Notes: generated by a model from the sequence alone, not told the origin. Counted from the first letter of the stretch, positions 1 to 10,495 are shown. The stretch is 64,000 nucleotides of DNA from Vulcanimicrobiota bacterium (GCA_963797935.1 CAWCRI010000016.1:19720-83719), one strand, 5' to 3'. Made by a program: numbers and translations.

Positions 1-2
1 GC

Positions 3-113
3 GGCCGGCTCGACGACGTGACCGTCACGTTCGCGGAATTGCGCGCGACGAACCGGCTCACGCCCGAACAGTCCCTCGGCCTCTCGGACAGCGTCGGCAC
101 GACGGATCCCTAG
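3..113 (+). CDS. 3' end of a CDS entering the window (unknown product)
   Basis: Open frame GRLDDVTVTFAELRATNRLTPEQSLGLSDSVGTTDP* with GC3-rich codons; TAG at 111-113 overlaps the convergent gene's stop. Confidence 0.5.
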   Translation, partial: GRLDDVTVTFAELRATNRLTPEQSLGLSDSVGTTDP

Positions 114-1684
114 CGGCCGAGCCGCACATCCAGCTCCGTCTCGAACGTGCGGTCCCACGGCAGCGTGATGGTGAACCCGCGGTCGCGAAACTGCGGCTCG
201 ATCTGCGCCATCAGATCGAGCCCTTCCCGCCAAAGCTTCGCGCGGTTCTCCGACGCGGCCGCGCGCGCGACTTCGGGCAGCAAATACGTGTGGTCGTCCA
301 CACCCTGTGCGGAAAGATCGGTGTTGAGCTGCGGCCGCACGTCGGCGTGGAAAGCGACGTCGTCCACGTAGCGCATCAGCGTGAACGTCGCGTGCGCGCG
401 CGCATCGTACGTGCCGAGCCGCCTCCCCGCGACCACGGCCACGGCCTCGGGCAGCGCCGTCCCGATCGTGTTCGCGACGGTATTCCACGAGGCGAACGCG
501 TCGATTCGGCCGGCGATGTGCCGCGCAATGAGATCGTCCGTCAGCTTGCGGTGCTGCGCGTAGTCGTTCGTCGCAAGAAACGAGAGATCGGCGACGGCGG
601 TCACCGGCGCGCGCGTCGAATCGTTCGCAACCGACGGCAGAACCGGCCCATACGGCCGCGCGATGCGCTGCACGAACGCGGCCTCGTCGGCATCGCTCGT
701 CGCCGCGACGCGCACGAACAGATCGACGTCCGCAGCTTCGCCGTCCGCCGCAGACCGCGCGCCGCAGGTACGGATCAAATCGGCGATCGTCGTCGCGATC
801 GGCGCGAACTCCAGCGGATCGTTCACGCTGCCGCCGTCGGGCCGCGAGTAGATCACCCGCACGCGCGGCACGATGGCCGCTTCGCGCGCGAGCGCGGCCG
901 ACAGCAGCGCCATCGCCAGCTCGTCGGCGCCCGGCTCGATCGACGCCCGCGACGGCGGCAGCCACGCCGAAGCGAACGCGCGCAGCGCGGCCAGATCGTG
1001 CAGATGCAATCCCACCGGGCCGGCATCGTCCTGGCCGAGCACGATGCGATCGAACCCGCCCTCGGCCGCGATGCGCAGCGCAAAGAGATCGACGTCGCGA
1101 TCGCGCGCGCGCGTATCGAGATACGCATCGAGCGCGGGGCCGAGCTGCGCCCGTAGCTTCGCCGCAAACGCGCGCTGCTGATCGGTCCGCGGCGGATCGG
1201 GCAGATTCGCATACTGCTGAATGCCACCCCACACATCGCCGCCCGCGAACGGAAACGATGCCGCGGCGCCGAGCTTGGGAACACCGGTCGGCGCGAGCCG
1301 CATCACCGTGCCGAACACCGTGAACGACGCGCTCGGCCGCGCGGCGCGCACCGCGGCGAGATCTTGCAACCGCGTGTACGCAACGGCGCGCGACACGCCC
1401 GGAATGCGCGAAGCGACGAGCCCGCCGTAGACGATCATGTCGCTCGACACGACGTACGCGTGCGCATCGCGCGGCGCCTCGTCGCGCAGCCAGCGCATGA
1501 TCCCGGCGGAATCGCCGGGCGTCAAATACCGCCCGAGCATCGGCCGCGGCGGCTCGACGACGCGGACGCCCGCGATCGCGCCGAGGAGCCGCGGAAGCTG
1601 CGCGGTGACCGGCCGGTCGTCCAGCGGGACGACGACGAACGTGACGGCGAGCAGAGACGAAAGGAGCGACGCGATGAAGTGCAC
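110..1684 (-). CDS. DUF4127 family protein
   Basis: N-terminal VPLDDRP, DMIVYGGLVASR, GQDDA, PGADE, ASWNT..NTIGTAL and C-terminal LPWDRTFE motifs typical of DUF4127. Confidence 0.8.
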   Translation of the reverse strand: MHFIASLLSSLLAVTFVVVPLDDRPVTAQLPRLLGAIAGVRVVEPPRPMLGRYLTPGDSAGIMRWLRDEAPRDAHAYVVSSDMIVYGGLVASRIPGVSRAVAYTRLQDLAAVRAARPSASFTVFGTVMRLAPTGVPKLGAAASFPFAGGDVWGGIQQYANLPDPPRTDQQRAFAAKLRAQLGPALDAYLDTRARDRDVDLFALRIAAEGGFDRIVLGQDDAGPVGLHLHDLAALRAFASAWLPPSRASIEPGADELAMALLSAALAREAAIVPRVRVIYSRPDGGSVNDPLEFAPIATTIADLIRTCGARSAADGEAADVDLFVRVAATSDADEAAFVQRIARPYGPVLPSVANDSTRAPVTAVADLSFLATNDYAQHRKLTDDLIARHIAGRIDAFASWNTVANTIGTALPEAVAVVAGRRLGTYDARAHATFTLMRYVDDVAFHADVRPQLNTDLSAQGVDDHTYLLPEVARAAASENRAKLWREGLDLMAQIEPQFRDRGFTITLPWDRTFETELDVRLGR

Positions 1685-1712
1685 CGCGGCGCCCTATTCG
1701 TCGCGCAGGCGA

Positions 1713-2105
1713 TTAACTCTTGAAACCGTACAATCCGTGGCCGTTCGGGTTGGCCACGAAGATCTTGTAGGCTTTGCGGATGCCGAGCGACTGGGTGAAC
1801 TCGACGTGCACAGGCGTGTTCGGCTTGAGGTCCTTCGTCTGGACGCTCTTGCCGTTGGACAGCAGCGTCGCGAAGTTCGGCGCGTACAGGAACGACAGGT
1901 CGGCCGGAACGCCGTCGATGCAGTGCACGCGGATGTTCTCGGTGGATACGTGGCGGACGTAGCCGTGACAGTCGCGGATCTTGCCGCCGGGTACGGATGC
2001 GCCTTGGCGTTCCGTCACCGCAGCCGAAGCGACGAGCGTTGACGAGGCGACGACCGCGAGCGCGGTCAGCGCGGGAAGCGAACGGCGGAGGGAGTCGAAG
2101 AGCAT
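1713..2105 (-). CDS. Secreted hypothetical protein
   Basis: 130 aa with a signal-peptide-like N-terminus and GC3-biased codons. Confidence 0.7.
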   Translation of the reverse strand: MLFDSLRRSLPALTALAVVASSTLVASAAVTERQGASVPGGKIRDCHGYVRHVSTENIRVHCIDGVPADLSFLYAPNFATLLSNGKSVQTKDLKPNTPVHVEFTQSLGIRKAYKIFVANPNGHGLYGFKS

Positions 2106-2122
2106 GGCGTGAGGTCCTTCCG

Positions 2123-2548
2123 TTGATCGAATGCCGGACGATGGCCGGCGCCGAGCGTCTCGACGCCTTCATGCTGATGAAGCAGTTTCGCGCGGACGAG
2201 GCCCTGCTCGGCGAAGCGCTCGCGCTGTACGTGGACCGCCCGGACTACGGCTTCATCTGGCTGGCCTACGACGACGGTATACCCGCGGCGTGCGTTTCCG
2301 CCGCCTACGCGATCTCGACGGAGACCGGCGGCCTGATCACGGCGCTGCGCGATCTGTGGGTCATCCCTGACCGCCGCCGCCGCGGCATCGGCTCAGCGCT
2401 GCTGGCAACCCTCCACGGCCGCCTCACCCAGCTCGAGATCACGCGCGTCGAAGCATCGCTCCCGGACGCCCCCGCGCTGCGCGCGTTCTTCACGGCCCGC
2501 GGCTACGCCGACCTGGGCGGCACGACGGTCGCGTCGGTACGGCGCTGA
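2123..2548 (+). CDS. GNAT family N-acetyltransferase
   Basis: LWVIPDRRRRGIGSALL acetyl-CoA motif A and FFTARGY; start TTG 2123 (after GAGG) or ATG 2141. Confidence 0.85.
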   Translation: MIECRTMAGAERLDAFMLMKQFRADEALLGEALALYVDRPDYGFIWLAYDDGIPAACVSAAYAISTETGGLITALRDLWVIPDRRRRGIGSALLATLHGRLTQLEITRVEASLPDAPALRAFFTARGYADLGGTTVASVRR

Positions 2549-2602
2549 GCTTCTTTCGCCTATCAGGGAAAGCGCAACGCTTCCCGAACGGAGTGATCGC
2601 GA

Positions 2603-3482
2603 TCAGCGGCTGAGGACCGGCGTGAGCCGCCCGCGCGCCGCGCGCAGCAACGCCTCGGCTTCAACCCGGTCCACGCCGCGCCGCGCCATGACGATCGCCG
2701 TCTTGACGGAACCGCCCGCCGCATCGAGCAGTGCGCGCGCATCGACGTCACCCGCGATGTCGCGCACGAGCCGTTCGCTGCGCGCGCGCAGTTTCGCATT
2801 CGTCGCCACGAGATCGATCATTCGGTTGCCGTAGGTCTTCCCGAGCCGGACCATCGCACCGGTCGAGATCGCGTTGAGCACGATCTTCTGCGCGGTCCCG
2901 GCACGCATCCGCGTGGATCCCTGAATCGGTTCGGCGCCGGTCGCCGCGACGATGCCAACATCCGCATCGCGCGCAAGCGCACCACCGGGGGAATTGACGA
3001 TACCAACGGTCCGCGCACCGCGCGCGCGCGCCGCCGACAATGCAGCCCGCACGAACGGCGCCCCGCCGCTCGCGGAAATTCCGATGACGACGTCGTTCTC
3101 GCCGACGTCCTGCACGACGAGCGCGCCGGCCTCCGCATCGTCTTCGGCGCCCTCGACAGCACGCCGCAACGCCCTGTCACCGCCGGCGATCCGTCCCTCG
3201 ACGAGCGTGGGATCGACGCCGAACGTCGGCGGCAGCTCCGCCGCGTCGAGCACGGCAAGCCGTCCGCTCGTACCCGCGCCGATCGAGCACGACGCGCCCG
3301 CCACGCTCGATCGCTTCGACGACGAGCGTCGTCGCCCGCGCGATCTCGGCGGAAGCCGCAAGCGCGGCATCGACCGAGACGCGGTGTACGTCGACCAGCA
3401 CGCGCGCGAGCGCGACATCGTCGAGCCGATCGATATCGGTGGTTGCCGGATCCAGCCCCTCCGTAGCGGGCAGATCGCTCAA
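2603..3482 (-). CDS. murQ: N-acetylmuramic acid 6-phosphate etherase, interrupted by a +1 frameshift at about 3284
   Basis: Two ORFs join as ...GGRVVL/IGAGTSGRLAVLDAAELPPTFG...GSTRMRAGTAQK...GKTYGNRMID; span is 879+1 nt. Confidence 0.9.
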
Positions 3483-4376
3483 CGCGCCAAACGCTCCGCA
3501 AGCCGCAACGCGCCGCGCACGGGCTCGTCGCCGCCTTTGACGATCGCCGCCCCGGCAACATCGCCGTTCAAACGCGTCTCCAGCAAGAACGACAGCAAGC
3601 TGTTCTCCCGAAACAAGCCGCCCGCAAATGCGATCCGCGGCGAAGCTTCGAGCAGGTTCACCGCACGCAGCGCCGCCTTCACGAGATCGCCGAGCTCCTG
3701 CGCGGCCTGCTGCACGATCTTCGTCGAAGCACGATTTCCTTTGCCGGCAAACGCGATGACGCTCGGCGCGAGCGAAGCGATCTGCGCGGGATCCGGTGCA
3801 CGGTCGTACAACGCGGCAACATACGCCTCACGATCCGCCGTGCCGAGCGCGCGCACCACGAGGTCGGTCGTCTCATCCCGATTCGCCCGCCCGTCCAGCA
3901 CGCGCCCGCACAGCTTCACCGCCTGCATCCCGATCCAAAACGCCGATCCTTCATCACCGGCAAGATACCCGAGCCCACCAACCCGCGCCGTCTCGTCGCC
4001 CACGCTGCGCGAACGCGGTGGACCCGGTCCCGGCGATCAGCACCGCACCGTCGCCATCGGGAATGGCCGCACGCAACGCGATGGCGGCATCATCGCCGAC
4101 AACGACGCGCGCGCCACGAAACGCGCTTTGGACGAGCTCACGAAGCTGATCCGCGACTCGCGTGCGCCCGGCACCGGCCGCACCGATGTACATTGCGTCC
4201 GGAGTCTCCCCGGCAAGGACTTCGCGTATCGTCGAGACGATCACATCGGCCGCGTCATCGATCCCGATGGTCGTGGCGTTCGCACCACGTCCGCGTGCCT
4301 CGCGAACGTAGTCTCCGTCTTTGGACAACGCCGCTATGGTCGATGTGCCACCGGCATCGATTCCCACTGAAATCAC
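3479..4376 (-). CDS. BadF/BadG/BcrA/BcrD family GlcNAc/MurNAc kinase (MurK-like), +1 frameshift at about 4000
   Basis: GIDAGGTST, GDDAAIAL, LIAGTGS, then in the next frame RVGGLGYLAGDEGSAFWIG; one extra G in a G-run; span is 897+1 nt. Confidence 0.88.
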
Positions 4377-4475
4377 GCCTTGTGCTTTCGACCACGCCGC
4401 GTCCGTCCTTGCCACCATGGTGCCACTGCGTCACAAAGGCGGGTTGACGGCGTGATCGGCACGATCGTGCCTGAG

Positions 4476-4618
4476 GTGGGCGCGCGCGACGTTGCTGTGG
4501 CGGGGCGTTGCGGAGTCGCGGAGGCCGGAGGGCCGGGAGCGACGGAGCACCGAGCGACCAGAGCCGCAGGATGCGGCGTCGGGAGCGTCCCCGAAACAGC
4601 AATGTCGCGCGCGCCCGC
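4476..4618. repeat. About 140-bp intergenic element with 21-bp terminal inverted repeats (MITE/REP-like or structured RNA)
   Basis: GGGCGCGCGCGACGTTGCTGT (4478-4498) pairs with ACAGCAATGTCGCGCGCGCCC (4596-4616), 20/21 match; an inner stem continues. Confidence 0.6.
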
Positions 4619-4631
4619 CGCGCCCCAATCC

Positions 4632-5780
4632 CTATCCTGACGGCGGCAACGCGCCGCCCCCAGCCTCAAAGCGAACACGTTCGAGCAGCGCATGCAAATC
4701 GTGCGGCGCGATGGCGCCCAGCACGCGCGGACCACGCGCGCCCGTGACGAGCGGCAATCCTGCGGCCTGCCCGCGCAGCGTCATGTAGCCGAGCACCGCG
4801 AATGCGATCGCTTCCTTCGCGTCGGCGTCGATGCCGAACTCATCCGAGATTGCAACGCGCATGCCAGGGAGCATTGCGTGCAGGCCGGCGATGAGCGCGG
4901 GGTTACGGGCGCCGCCGCCGCTTACGATGAGGAGCTTCGCCTCCGGAGCTTCGTTGCGGATCGCGTTGGTCACCGTGGCGATCGTGAGTGCGGTGAGCGT
5001 CGCCACCGCGTCGGCGAAGTCCAGCGCATCGAGATCGATTTGCCAGCGCGCGATGAATGGGGCGCCGTACTCTTCGCGGCCCGTCGTTTTCGGTGGGGGC
5101 TTCGAGAAGTAGTCGTCCGCGAGCATGCTGGCGAGGAGTGCGGCGTCCGGTTTGCCCTTGCGTGCGAGCTCTCCGTCGCGGTCGTAGCGTTGTGCGCCCG
5201 CGGTGCGGAGCGCGACGTACGTGTCGATCGGGAGGTTCGCCGGGCCTGAGTCGAATGCGATTCCCTGCGGCAGAACCGTGAGGTTTGCGATGCCGCCGAG
5301 GTTCAGCGCGACGCATGGGGCGTGTTCGGCGAAGAGCAGCGCGTCCACGAATGGGACAAGTGGGGCGCCCGTTCCGCCGGCTGCGGTGTCCGCCGAGCGG
5401 AAGTCGTAGATCACCGTCGTGCCGGTGCGTTCCCGGATGCGGAATGCGTCGCCGAGTTGTAGTGTGTGATGTGCCGCGCCTGCGTGCGCGATGGTTACGC
5501 CGTGCGATGCGACGGCGTCGAGCGCGGTTTCGGCGGCGACCATGCTGATTGCGTTGCCGAAGGCTTCGCCGATCGCTGCGTGCAGCGCGGAGATTTCCAG
5601 TGCGCCGATCGGTGACGGCGGGTAGGCTGCCATGATGCGCCCGCGGAGGTTTTCTTCGAACGGGACGGTGGTGAAGCGTTCGCAGCGGGCGCGGATTGCG
5701 CCGTTTGCGGCGGTTACGTCGCAGATCGCCACGTCGATGCCGTCGAGCGATGTGCCTGAGATGATGCCTGCGATCTTCAC
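4632..5780 (-). CDS. anmK: Anhydro-N-acetylmuramic acid kinase
   Basis: Begins VKIAGIISGTSLDGID; contains DFRSADTAAGGTGAPLVP, LNLGGIANLT, FDSGPAN, PPKTTGRE, SGGGARN and AKEAIAFA; GTG overlaps the upstream TGA. Confidence 0.93.
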   Translation of the reverse strand: MKIAGIISGTSLDGIDVAICDVTAANGAIRARCERFTTVPFEENLRGRIMAAYPPSPIGALEISALHAAIGEAFGNAISMVAAETALDAVASHGVTIAHAGAAHHTLQLGDAFRIRERTGTTVIYDFRSADTAAGGTGAPLVPFVDALLFAEHAPCVALNLGGIANLTVLPQGIAFDSGPANLPIDTYVALRTAGAQRYDRDGELARKGKPDAALLASMLADDYFSKPPPKTTGREEYGAPFIARWQIDLDALDFADAVATLTALTIATVTNAIRNEAPEAKLLIVSGGGARNPALIAGLHAMLPGMRVAISDEFGIDADAKEAIAFAVLGYMTLRGQAAGLPLVTGARGPRVLGAIAPHDLHALLERVRFEAGGGALPPSG

Positions 5781-6815
5781 GTGCGGTCCGTTGCTTTGAC
5801 GGCGGCGTCTGCGACCGCGGCGCGGATCGGGCGGATGTCGGTGCGGCCGAAGTGGACCGCGTTCGTCAGCAGGACCACGTTGAGGTCGCGCCAGGGGTCG
5901 ACCCAGATCGACGTGCCGGTGAAACCGGTGTGGCCGAACGTGCTCGGCGACATCAGCGCGCCGCACGAGTTGTCGTCCGAGGTTTTTAGCGCCCAGCCCA
6001 GGCCGCGGCGAAGTACTGCGTCGCGGCCTTCTTCCTGGACCGCTTCGCGCGCGAGCGCGGGGTCGAGCGGCGTTGGGCGGTCGGTGGAGCGCTGCGAGGT
6101 ACCAGTCGCCGAGGCGCGCGACGTCGCGGGCGGTGCCGAACAGGCCCGCGTGGCCGGCGACGCCGCCCATCAGGTAGGCTTTCTCGTCGTGGACCTCGCC
6201 TTGCACGCTGCCGCGCCAGGCGTCGGTCTCCGTTGCCGGGATCGCTGCGCGCTCCGTGCCGCGCGGGCGGTATGCCGTGTGCGTCGTGCCGGAAGCGGTG
6301 AGCTCGTCTTCCACCGTTTTTGCGAGCGAACGGTTCGGTTGCGCGCGTGCGATGATCGTGCCGAGCGCGATGAAGCCGAGGTCGCTGTAGAGCACGTCGC
6401 CGCCCGGCGGGGCCGCGAGCGGTTCGGTCAGCGCGAACATCTCGACGTTCTTGTCCAGGAGCGTTCGATAGTCCGCGCCGCTCTTGAAGCCGGCGACGTG
6501 CGCGAGGATGCGGCGCAGCGTGATCGATTCGTGGGCGGTGCCGCGCCACTCCGGGATCAGGCCGGTGAGCGGTGCGTCCAGCGCGAGCGTGCCGCGCGCG
6601 ACGCACGCAAGCGCGACGGTGGAGATGAAGACCTTCGTGATCGATGCCAGGTCGAAGCGTGCGTCGACGTCGCACGGGAGAGACGGTTCGACTGCGCGCG
6701 TGCGGCCGTACGCGCGCTCGTAGCGCAGACGCCCGGCCTGCTCGACGCGCACCACTGCAGCGCTGAAGCGCGTGCCGAGCGCGGCGTGCAGGACGGCGTC
6801 GATCTCAGCGAACAG
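5777..6815 (-). CDS. Serine hydrolase, beta-lactamase family (AmiE-like); +1 frameshift at about 6084; probable CTG start
   Basis: FDLASITK (SxxK), YSDLGF, GEVHDEKA and GHAGLFG; after removing one C the frame continues to FGHTGFTGTSIWVDP..LLTN and stops at TGA 5777. Confidence 0.85.
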
Positions 6816-8370
6816 CGGCGTCCTCGGTGAGGCGAACCGGCGCCGTGCCGCGGGCTTCGGCGCGGCCGGCGAGCACGTCGGCGCAGCCTTCGATCGAGAT
6901 CGGCTGGTCGCCGTAGATGCAGAGCACGCGCCGGGCGGACGGCCACAGCAGCGCGTCGTACGGTGCGCGCGCCGACACGATCAGCGCGTCGGGGGCTTGC
7001 GCGAGGATGCGCGCGACGGCAGCCTGCTGGCCCGCGTGCAGGTGCGCATCGCGGGTGACCAGGACGAACTCGCGGTCGCCCAGCGCCGCGACGTGCTCGA
7101 GCAGCAGATCGACGTCGTCCGAAGCGGGGTCGATCGCGACGCGCATGATCTCGCTCTTCCAGCCGCGGCGTCGCAGCGCGGAGCTGAGCGACGCCGTGTC
7201 GAGCGACGTGTTCCGGCCGGACAGCGCCGCGTTGTCGGCAACGGCGCCTTCGAACGAGATCACGGTGACGGGTTTGCCCGCGTGCAGTTTCGGCTCGCCG
7301 CGCAATGCCGTCGGCGCGCGGCGGGCGGCTTCGAGCGGCGCGTCTTCGTCGAGCGCGTCCGCGAGCGGGACGCGCTGCGCGAGGCGTTCGCGCAGGCCGT
7401 GTACGCGGGCGTATGATTCTTGCAGGCGTTTCAACGGGATCTCGCCGTCGCGCACCGCGTCGGCGATCGCGTCGGCGGCCGCGTGCGCGAAGTCGAGGTG
7501 ATGGCTGATCAGCAGCAGGTCGGCGCCCGCGGCGAGCGCCTCGACGGCGCCGCGCACCGTGCCGGCGCCGTTCGCGATCGCGTCCATCTCCAGGCAGTCC
7601 GTTGCGATGATGCCGTCGTAGCCGAGCTCGTCGCGCAGCAAGCCCGTCAGGACAGCCGCTGAGAGCGTGGCCGGACGCTCCGCGTCGAATGCTTCGATCA
7701 CGACGTGCGCGGTGAGGACGATCGACGCCGCGCGTGCGGTGAGCGCGCGTGCGAACGGGACGAGATCGCGCGCGCGCAGCGTCGCTGCGCTTGCCGTGAC
7801 GTGCGGCAGCGCGACGTGCGAGTCTTCTTCTGTTGCACCGTGGCCGGGGAAGTGCTTCAGTGCCGCCGCGACGCCGCCGCGTTCCAGCCCGTGCGCGAAC
7901 GCGATCGCGAACTCCGCGACGCGTTGCGGGTCGTCACCGTACGAGCGCGTCGCGACGACGGTGCTGCGCGGCTGCAGCGAGAGGTCGGCGACGGGTGCGA
8001 GGTCCACGTCGATGCCGAGGCGCGCGAGATCGCGGCCCAGCAGCGTGCCGAGCCGTTCCGCAAGTGCCGTGTCGCCCGTTGCGCCGACGGCCATTGCCGA
8101 CGGCAGCGCTGCGACGCCGTCGCGGATGCGCTCGACGCGGCCGCCTTCCTGGTCGACGGCGATCAGCGGCGACGGTGCGGAGATCGCGCGCAGCGCGGCG
8201 ACCAGGTCGCGCAGTTCGTCGGGCGTGCCGACGTTGCGGGCGAAGAGGATGAGAGCGCCCGGCGCGAACGCGCGCAGCGCGTCCAGCGGCGCCGTCTGCG
8301 CGGTGGCGCCCGTGAATCCGACTCCGATCACGCCGCGCGCGAGCGCCGCGGGATCAGCGGGCAAGATCAA
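6805..8370 (-). CDS. nagZ: Beta-N-acetylhexosaminidase (GH3)
   Basis: AVDQEGGRV, KHFPGHGATEEDSH and TDCLEMDAI motifs plus a GH3 C-terminal extension. Confidence 0.92.
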   Translation of the reverse strand: MILPADPAALARGVIGVGFTGATAQTAPLDALRAFAPGALILFARNVGTPDELRDLVAALRAISAPSPLIAVDQEGGRVERIRDGVAALPSAMAVGATGDTALAERLGTLLGRDLARLGIDVDLAPVADLSLQPRSTVVATRSYGDDPQRVAEFAIAFAHGLERGGVAAALKHFPGHGATEEDSHVALPHVTASAATLRARDLVPFARALTARAASIVLTAHVVIEAFDAERPATLSAAVLTGLLRDELGYDGIIATDCLEMDAIANGAGTVRGAVEALAAGADLLLISHHLDFAHAAADAIADAVRDGEIPLKRLQESYARVHGLRERLAQRVPLADALDEDAPLEAARRAPTALRGEPKLHAGKPVTVISFEGAVADNAALSGRNTSLDTASLSSALRRRGWKSEIMRVAIDPASDDVDLLLEHVAALGDREFVLVTRDAHLHAGQQAAVARILAQAPDALIVSARAPYDALLWPSARRVLCIYGDQPISIEGCADVLAGRAEARGTAPVRLTEDAAVR

Positions 8371-8720
8371 TGCTTGATGAGCCGGATGATCTGCGCGACG
8401 AGCTTGCCGGCGGTCTTCGAGATGAAGATCTGCACCTTCGAGCCCTTGGAGACGTCGGTGAGCGTGTGATAGCCGGGGTCGTCGGACTGCACGCTCGTCG
8501 ACGGCATCGTCGCGACGTCGACGCGGCCTTGCGTGGTGGAGTCGACGGTGACGACGCCGCGCTGGTAGTCGACGTTCGTCACCTTGCCTTCGATCACGCC
8601 GCCGTCGTGCGCGCTGCTCGGCGCAGCCGCGGTCGGCGACGCCGACGGCGCGGGCGCGGCCAATGCGGCCGCGGGGATGAGCAAAAGGCCCAAGACGGTA
8701 ACGACGACGAGGCGGGACAT
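8367..8720 (-). CDS. Secreted hypothetical protein (small OB-like beta domain)
   Basis: Signal peptide, Pro/Ala linker and IEGKVTNVDY...VSKGSKVQI; GGAG upstream; overlaps the nagZ start. Confidence 0.7.
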   Translation of the reverse strand: MSRLVVVTVLGLLLIPAAALAAPAPSASPTAAAPSSAHDGGVIEGKVTNVDYQRGVVTVDSTTQGRVDVATMPSTSVQSDDPGYHTLTDVSKGSKVQIFISKTAGKLVAQIIRLIKH

Positions 8721-8763
8721 CACTCCAGCGTAACGCATGCTCGTCCCACGTTCGTTCCGCACA

Positions 8764-9066
8764 TCATCGCGCTATAACCCCCACCAACGCCAGGTATTGC
8801 TCGCGCGCGCCTGCCTCGCCGGCCTTCACGCGGGCGCGCGCCGCGCGCGCCGCGACGATGGTTTCGTCGTCCGCCGCGTTGCCGCCCAGCACCAGGCGCA
8901 GCGCAAGCAGCGCCTCGTCCGCTGCCCGCGCCCCGACCGCCTCGAGGGCGCGGTAGAACGGCTGCGCGCGCGAATCAGGCGAGCGGTCGCGCAGCGCCGC
9001 GGCGATCGCGTCTGCCTTGCCGGGGCGACCGTCGAGGAGGTAACCGTCGAGAGGGTGCAGTTCCAC
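8764..9066 (-). CDS. Hypothetical protein, 100 aa
   Basis: C-terminal part of the track ORF, from GTG: MELHPLDGYLLDGRPGKADAIAAAL...; strong GC3 bias. Confidence 0.65.
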   Translation of the reverse strand: MELHPLDGYLLDGRPGKADAIAAALRDRSPDSRAQPFYRALEAVGARAADEALLALRLVLGGNAADDETIVAARAARARVKAGEAGAREQYLALVGVIAR

Positions 9067-9070
9067 CCGG

Positions 9071-10495
9071 ATGCGATTCGCGGTGCGATCCCTCGCGCTT
9101 GCCGCCGCGCTCGGCGTCTGCCCCGCCGCGGCCGCGCCTGCGATCGCTGCCGCCCCGCCGGCCGACCCCCTGGCAGCCGTTGCCGCGGCGAACGGACACG
9201 CCGGCGCCGTTCGGTTCCATGCAGCCGGCACGCGCGTCGTCGAAGGCCGTACCGTCGCCACGACGTTCGACCAGCTCGGCGCGCGGCGGCTGGTGCGGCG
9301 CTGCGTCGACGGCGTGTGCGGCGGCACGTGGTTCGACGGTACGCGCGAGTGGACGTTCGCGCTCAACGAGGTCGCGCTGCCCGAAGAGGTCGACGAGTCG
9401 ACGCTCACGCAGCGCACGCTGGCCGCGATCGCGTCGTACGCGTTCGCCGAGCCGGCCTTCCGAGCGGCGGGCGGTACCGTCGCGCCGTCCGGGCCCGGGC
9501 GCTGGCGCGTCCGCGCGCGCGACGCCATCGACCTGATCGCCGTCATAGACCCCGCGACGCAGGCTTTGCGCCGCATCGACACGGCGGAGGGCCGGCCGCT
9601 GGCCGTGTACGGCGGCGAGACGCGCGTCGCCGGGGCGAGCTTCGCCTTGGACCGCCGCGGACCGTTCGAAAGCGGCCCGCTCGATACCGTCGCCGTCGCT
9701 ACCGACGCGATCGGACCGCCGGCGGGGGTGCAGGCCACGTTTGCGGGCGACGCGCCGCTGGCGCTCGGCGACGAGCCGATCCCGATCGTGCCGTGCAGCC
9801 TGGGCGGGCGCACCGTCCGCTGCCTGCTCGATACCGGCGCGACGCCGAGCGCGATCACGCTGAACCTCGCCGAGGCGCTCGGGCTGGAGCCGCACGGCGA
9901 GCTGGAGATCTCCGGGATGTCGCGTTTCGCGACCGGCTTCGTGGAGGCGGGGCCGCTCGCGCTCGGGCCGGCGCGGTTCGAGCGCGCCCGCTTTGCGGTG
10001 GTTCCGCCGTCGCGCGCCGCGCGCTTCGACGTCGTGGTCGGCAGCGATCTGCTGGGCCGCGTGCGCCTCGTGCTCGACCGGACGGCCCGGACCGCGCGCA
10101 TCGGCGCGCCCGGCACGTCGGGCGGCCCGCCCGGCGCCGTCCCGCTGACGTTTCGCAACGGCTCGCCGATCGTGCAGACGATGTTCGGCCCGCAGGGCGC
10201 GCGGGCGCTGCTGGACACGGGCGACGAAGCGGTCCTGTCGATCGGCTACGCCGCGTACCGGGTGGGCCCGCAATGGACCGTGGTATCGCGCGGCCAGACG
10301 GTCGGCATCGCGGGCGCCGACGACATCTTCACCGTCGAGATCCCCGAGGTGCGGGTCGGGCCGCTCGCGATCGGGGCCATCCGCACGTCGGTCCGGCGAA
10401 CGCAAACGATCGCCCACGTCGGCGTCGGCCTGTGGAACCGGTACGTGATCGACCTCGACGAGGCCGCCGGCCGAGCGCTGTTCATCCCGCGCTGA
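9071..10495 (+). CDS. Secreted aspartyl protease with two retropepsin-like domains
   Basis: Signal peptide; LLDTGA...VVGSDLL and LLDTGD...HVGVGLW motifs. Confidence 0.85.
   Translation: MRFAVRSLALAAALGVCPAAAAPAIAAAPPADPLAAVAAANGHAGAVRFHAAGTRVVEGRTVATTFDQLGARRLVRRCVDGVCGGTWFDGTREWTFALNEVALPEEVDESTLTQRTLAAIASYAFAEPAFRAAGGTVAPSGPGRWRVRARDAIDLIAVIDPATQALRRIDTAEGRPLAVYGGETRVAGASFALDRRGPFESGPLDTVAVATDAIGPPAGVQATFAGDAPLALGDEPIPIVPCSLGGRTVRCLLDTGATPSAITLNLAEALGLEPHGELEISGMSRFATGFVEAGPLALGPARFERARFAVVPPSRAARFDVVVGSDLLGRVRLVLDRTARTARIGAPGTSGGPPGAVPLTFRNGSPIVQTMFGPQGARALLDTGDEAVLSIGYAAYRVGPQWTVVSRGQTVGIAGADDIFTVEIPEVRVGPLAIGAIRTSVRRTQTIAHVGVGLWNRYVIDLDEAAGRALFIPR

Noticed and set aside
4632-6755. Apparent 707-aa beta-lactamase-AnmK fusion
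   Set aside because: Caused by the +1 insertion at about 6084; the true hydrolase C-terminus (HTGFTG) is in another frame and stops at a GTGA overlap with anmK.
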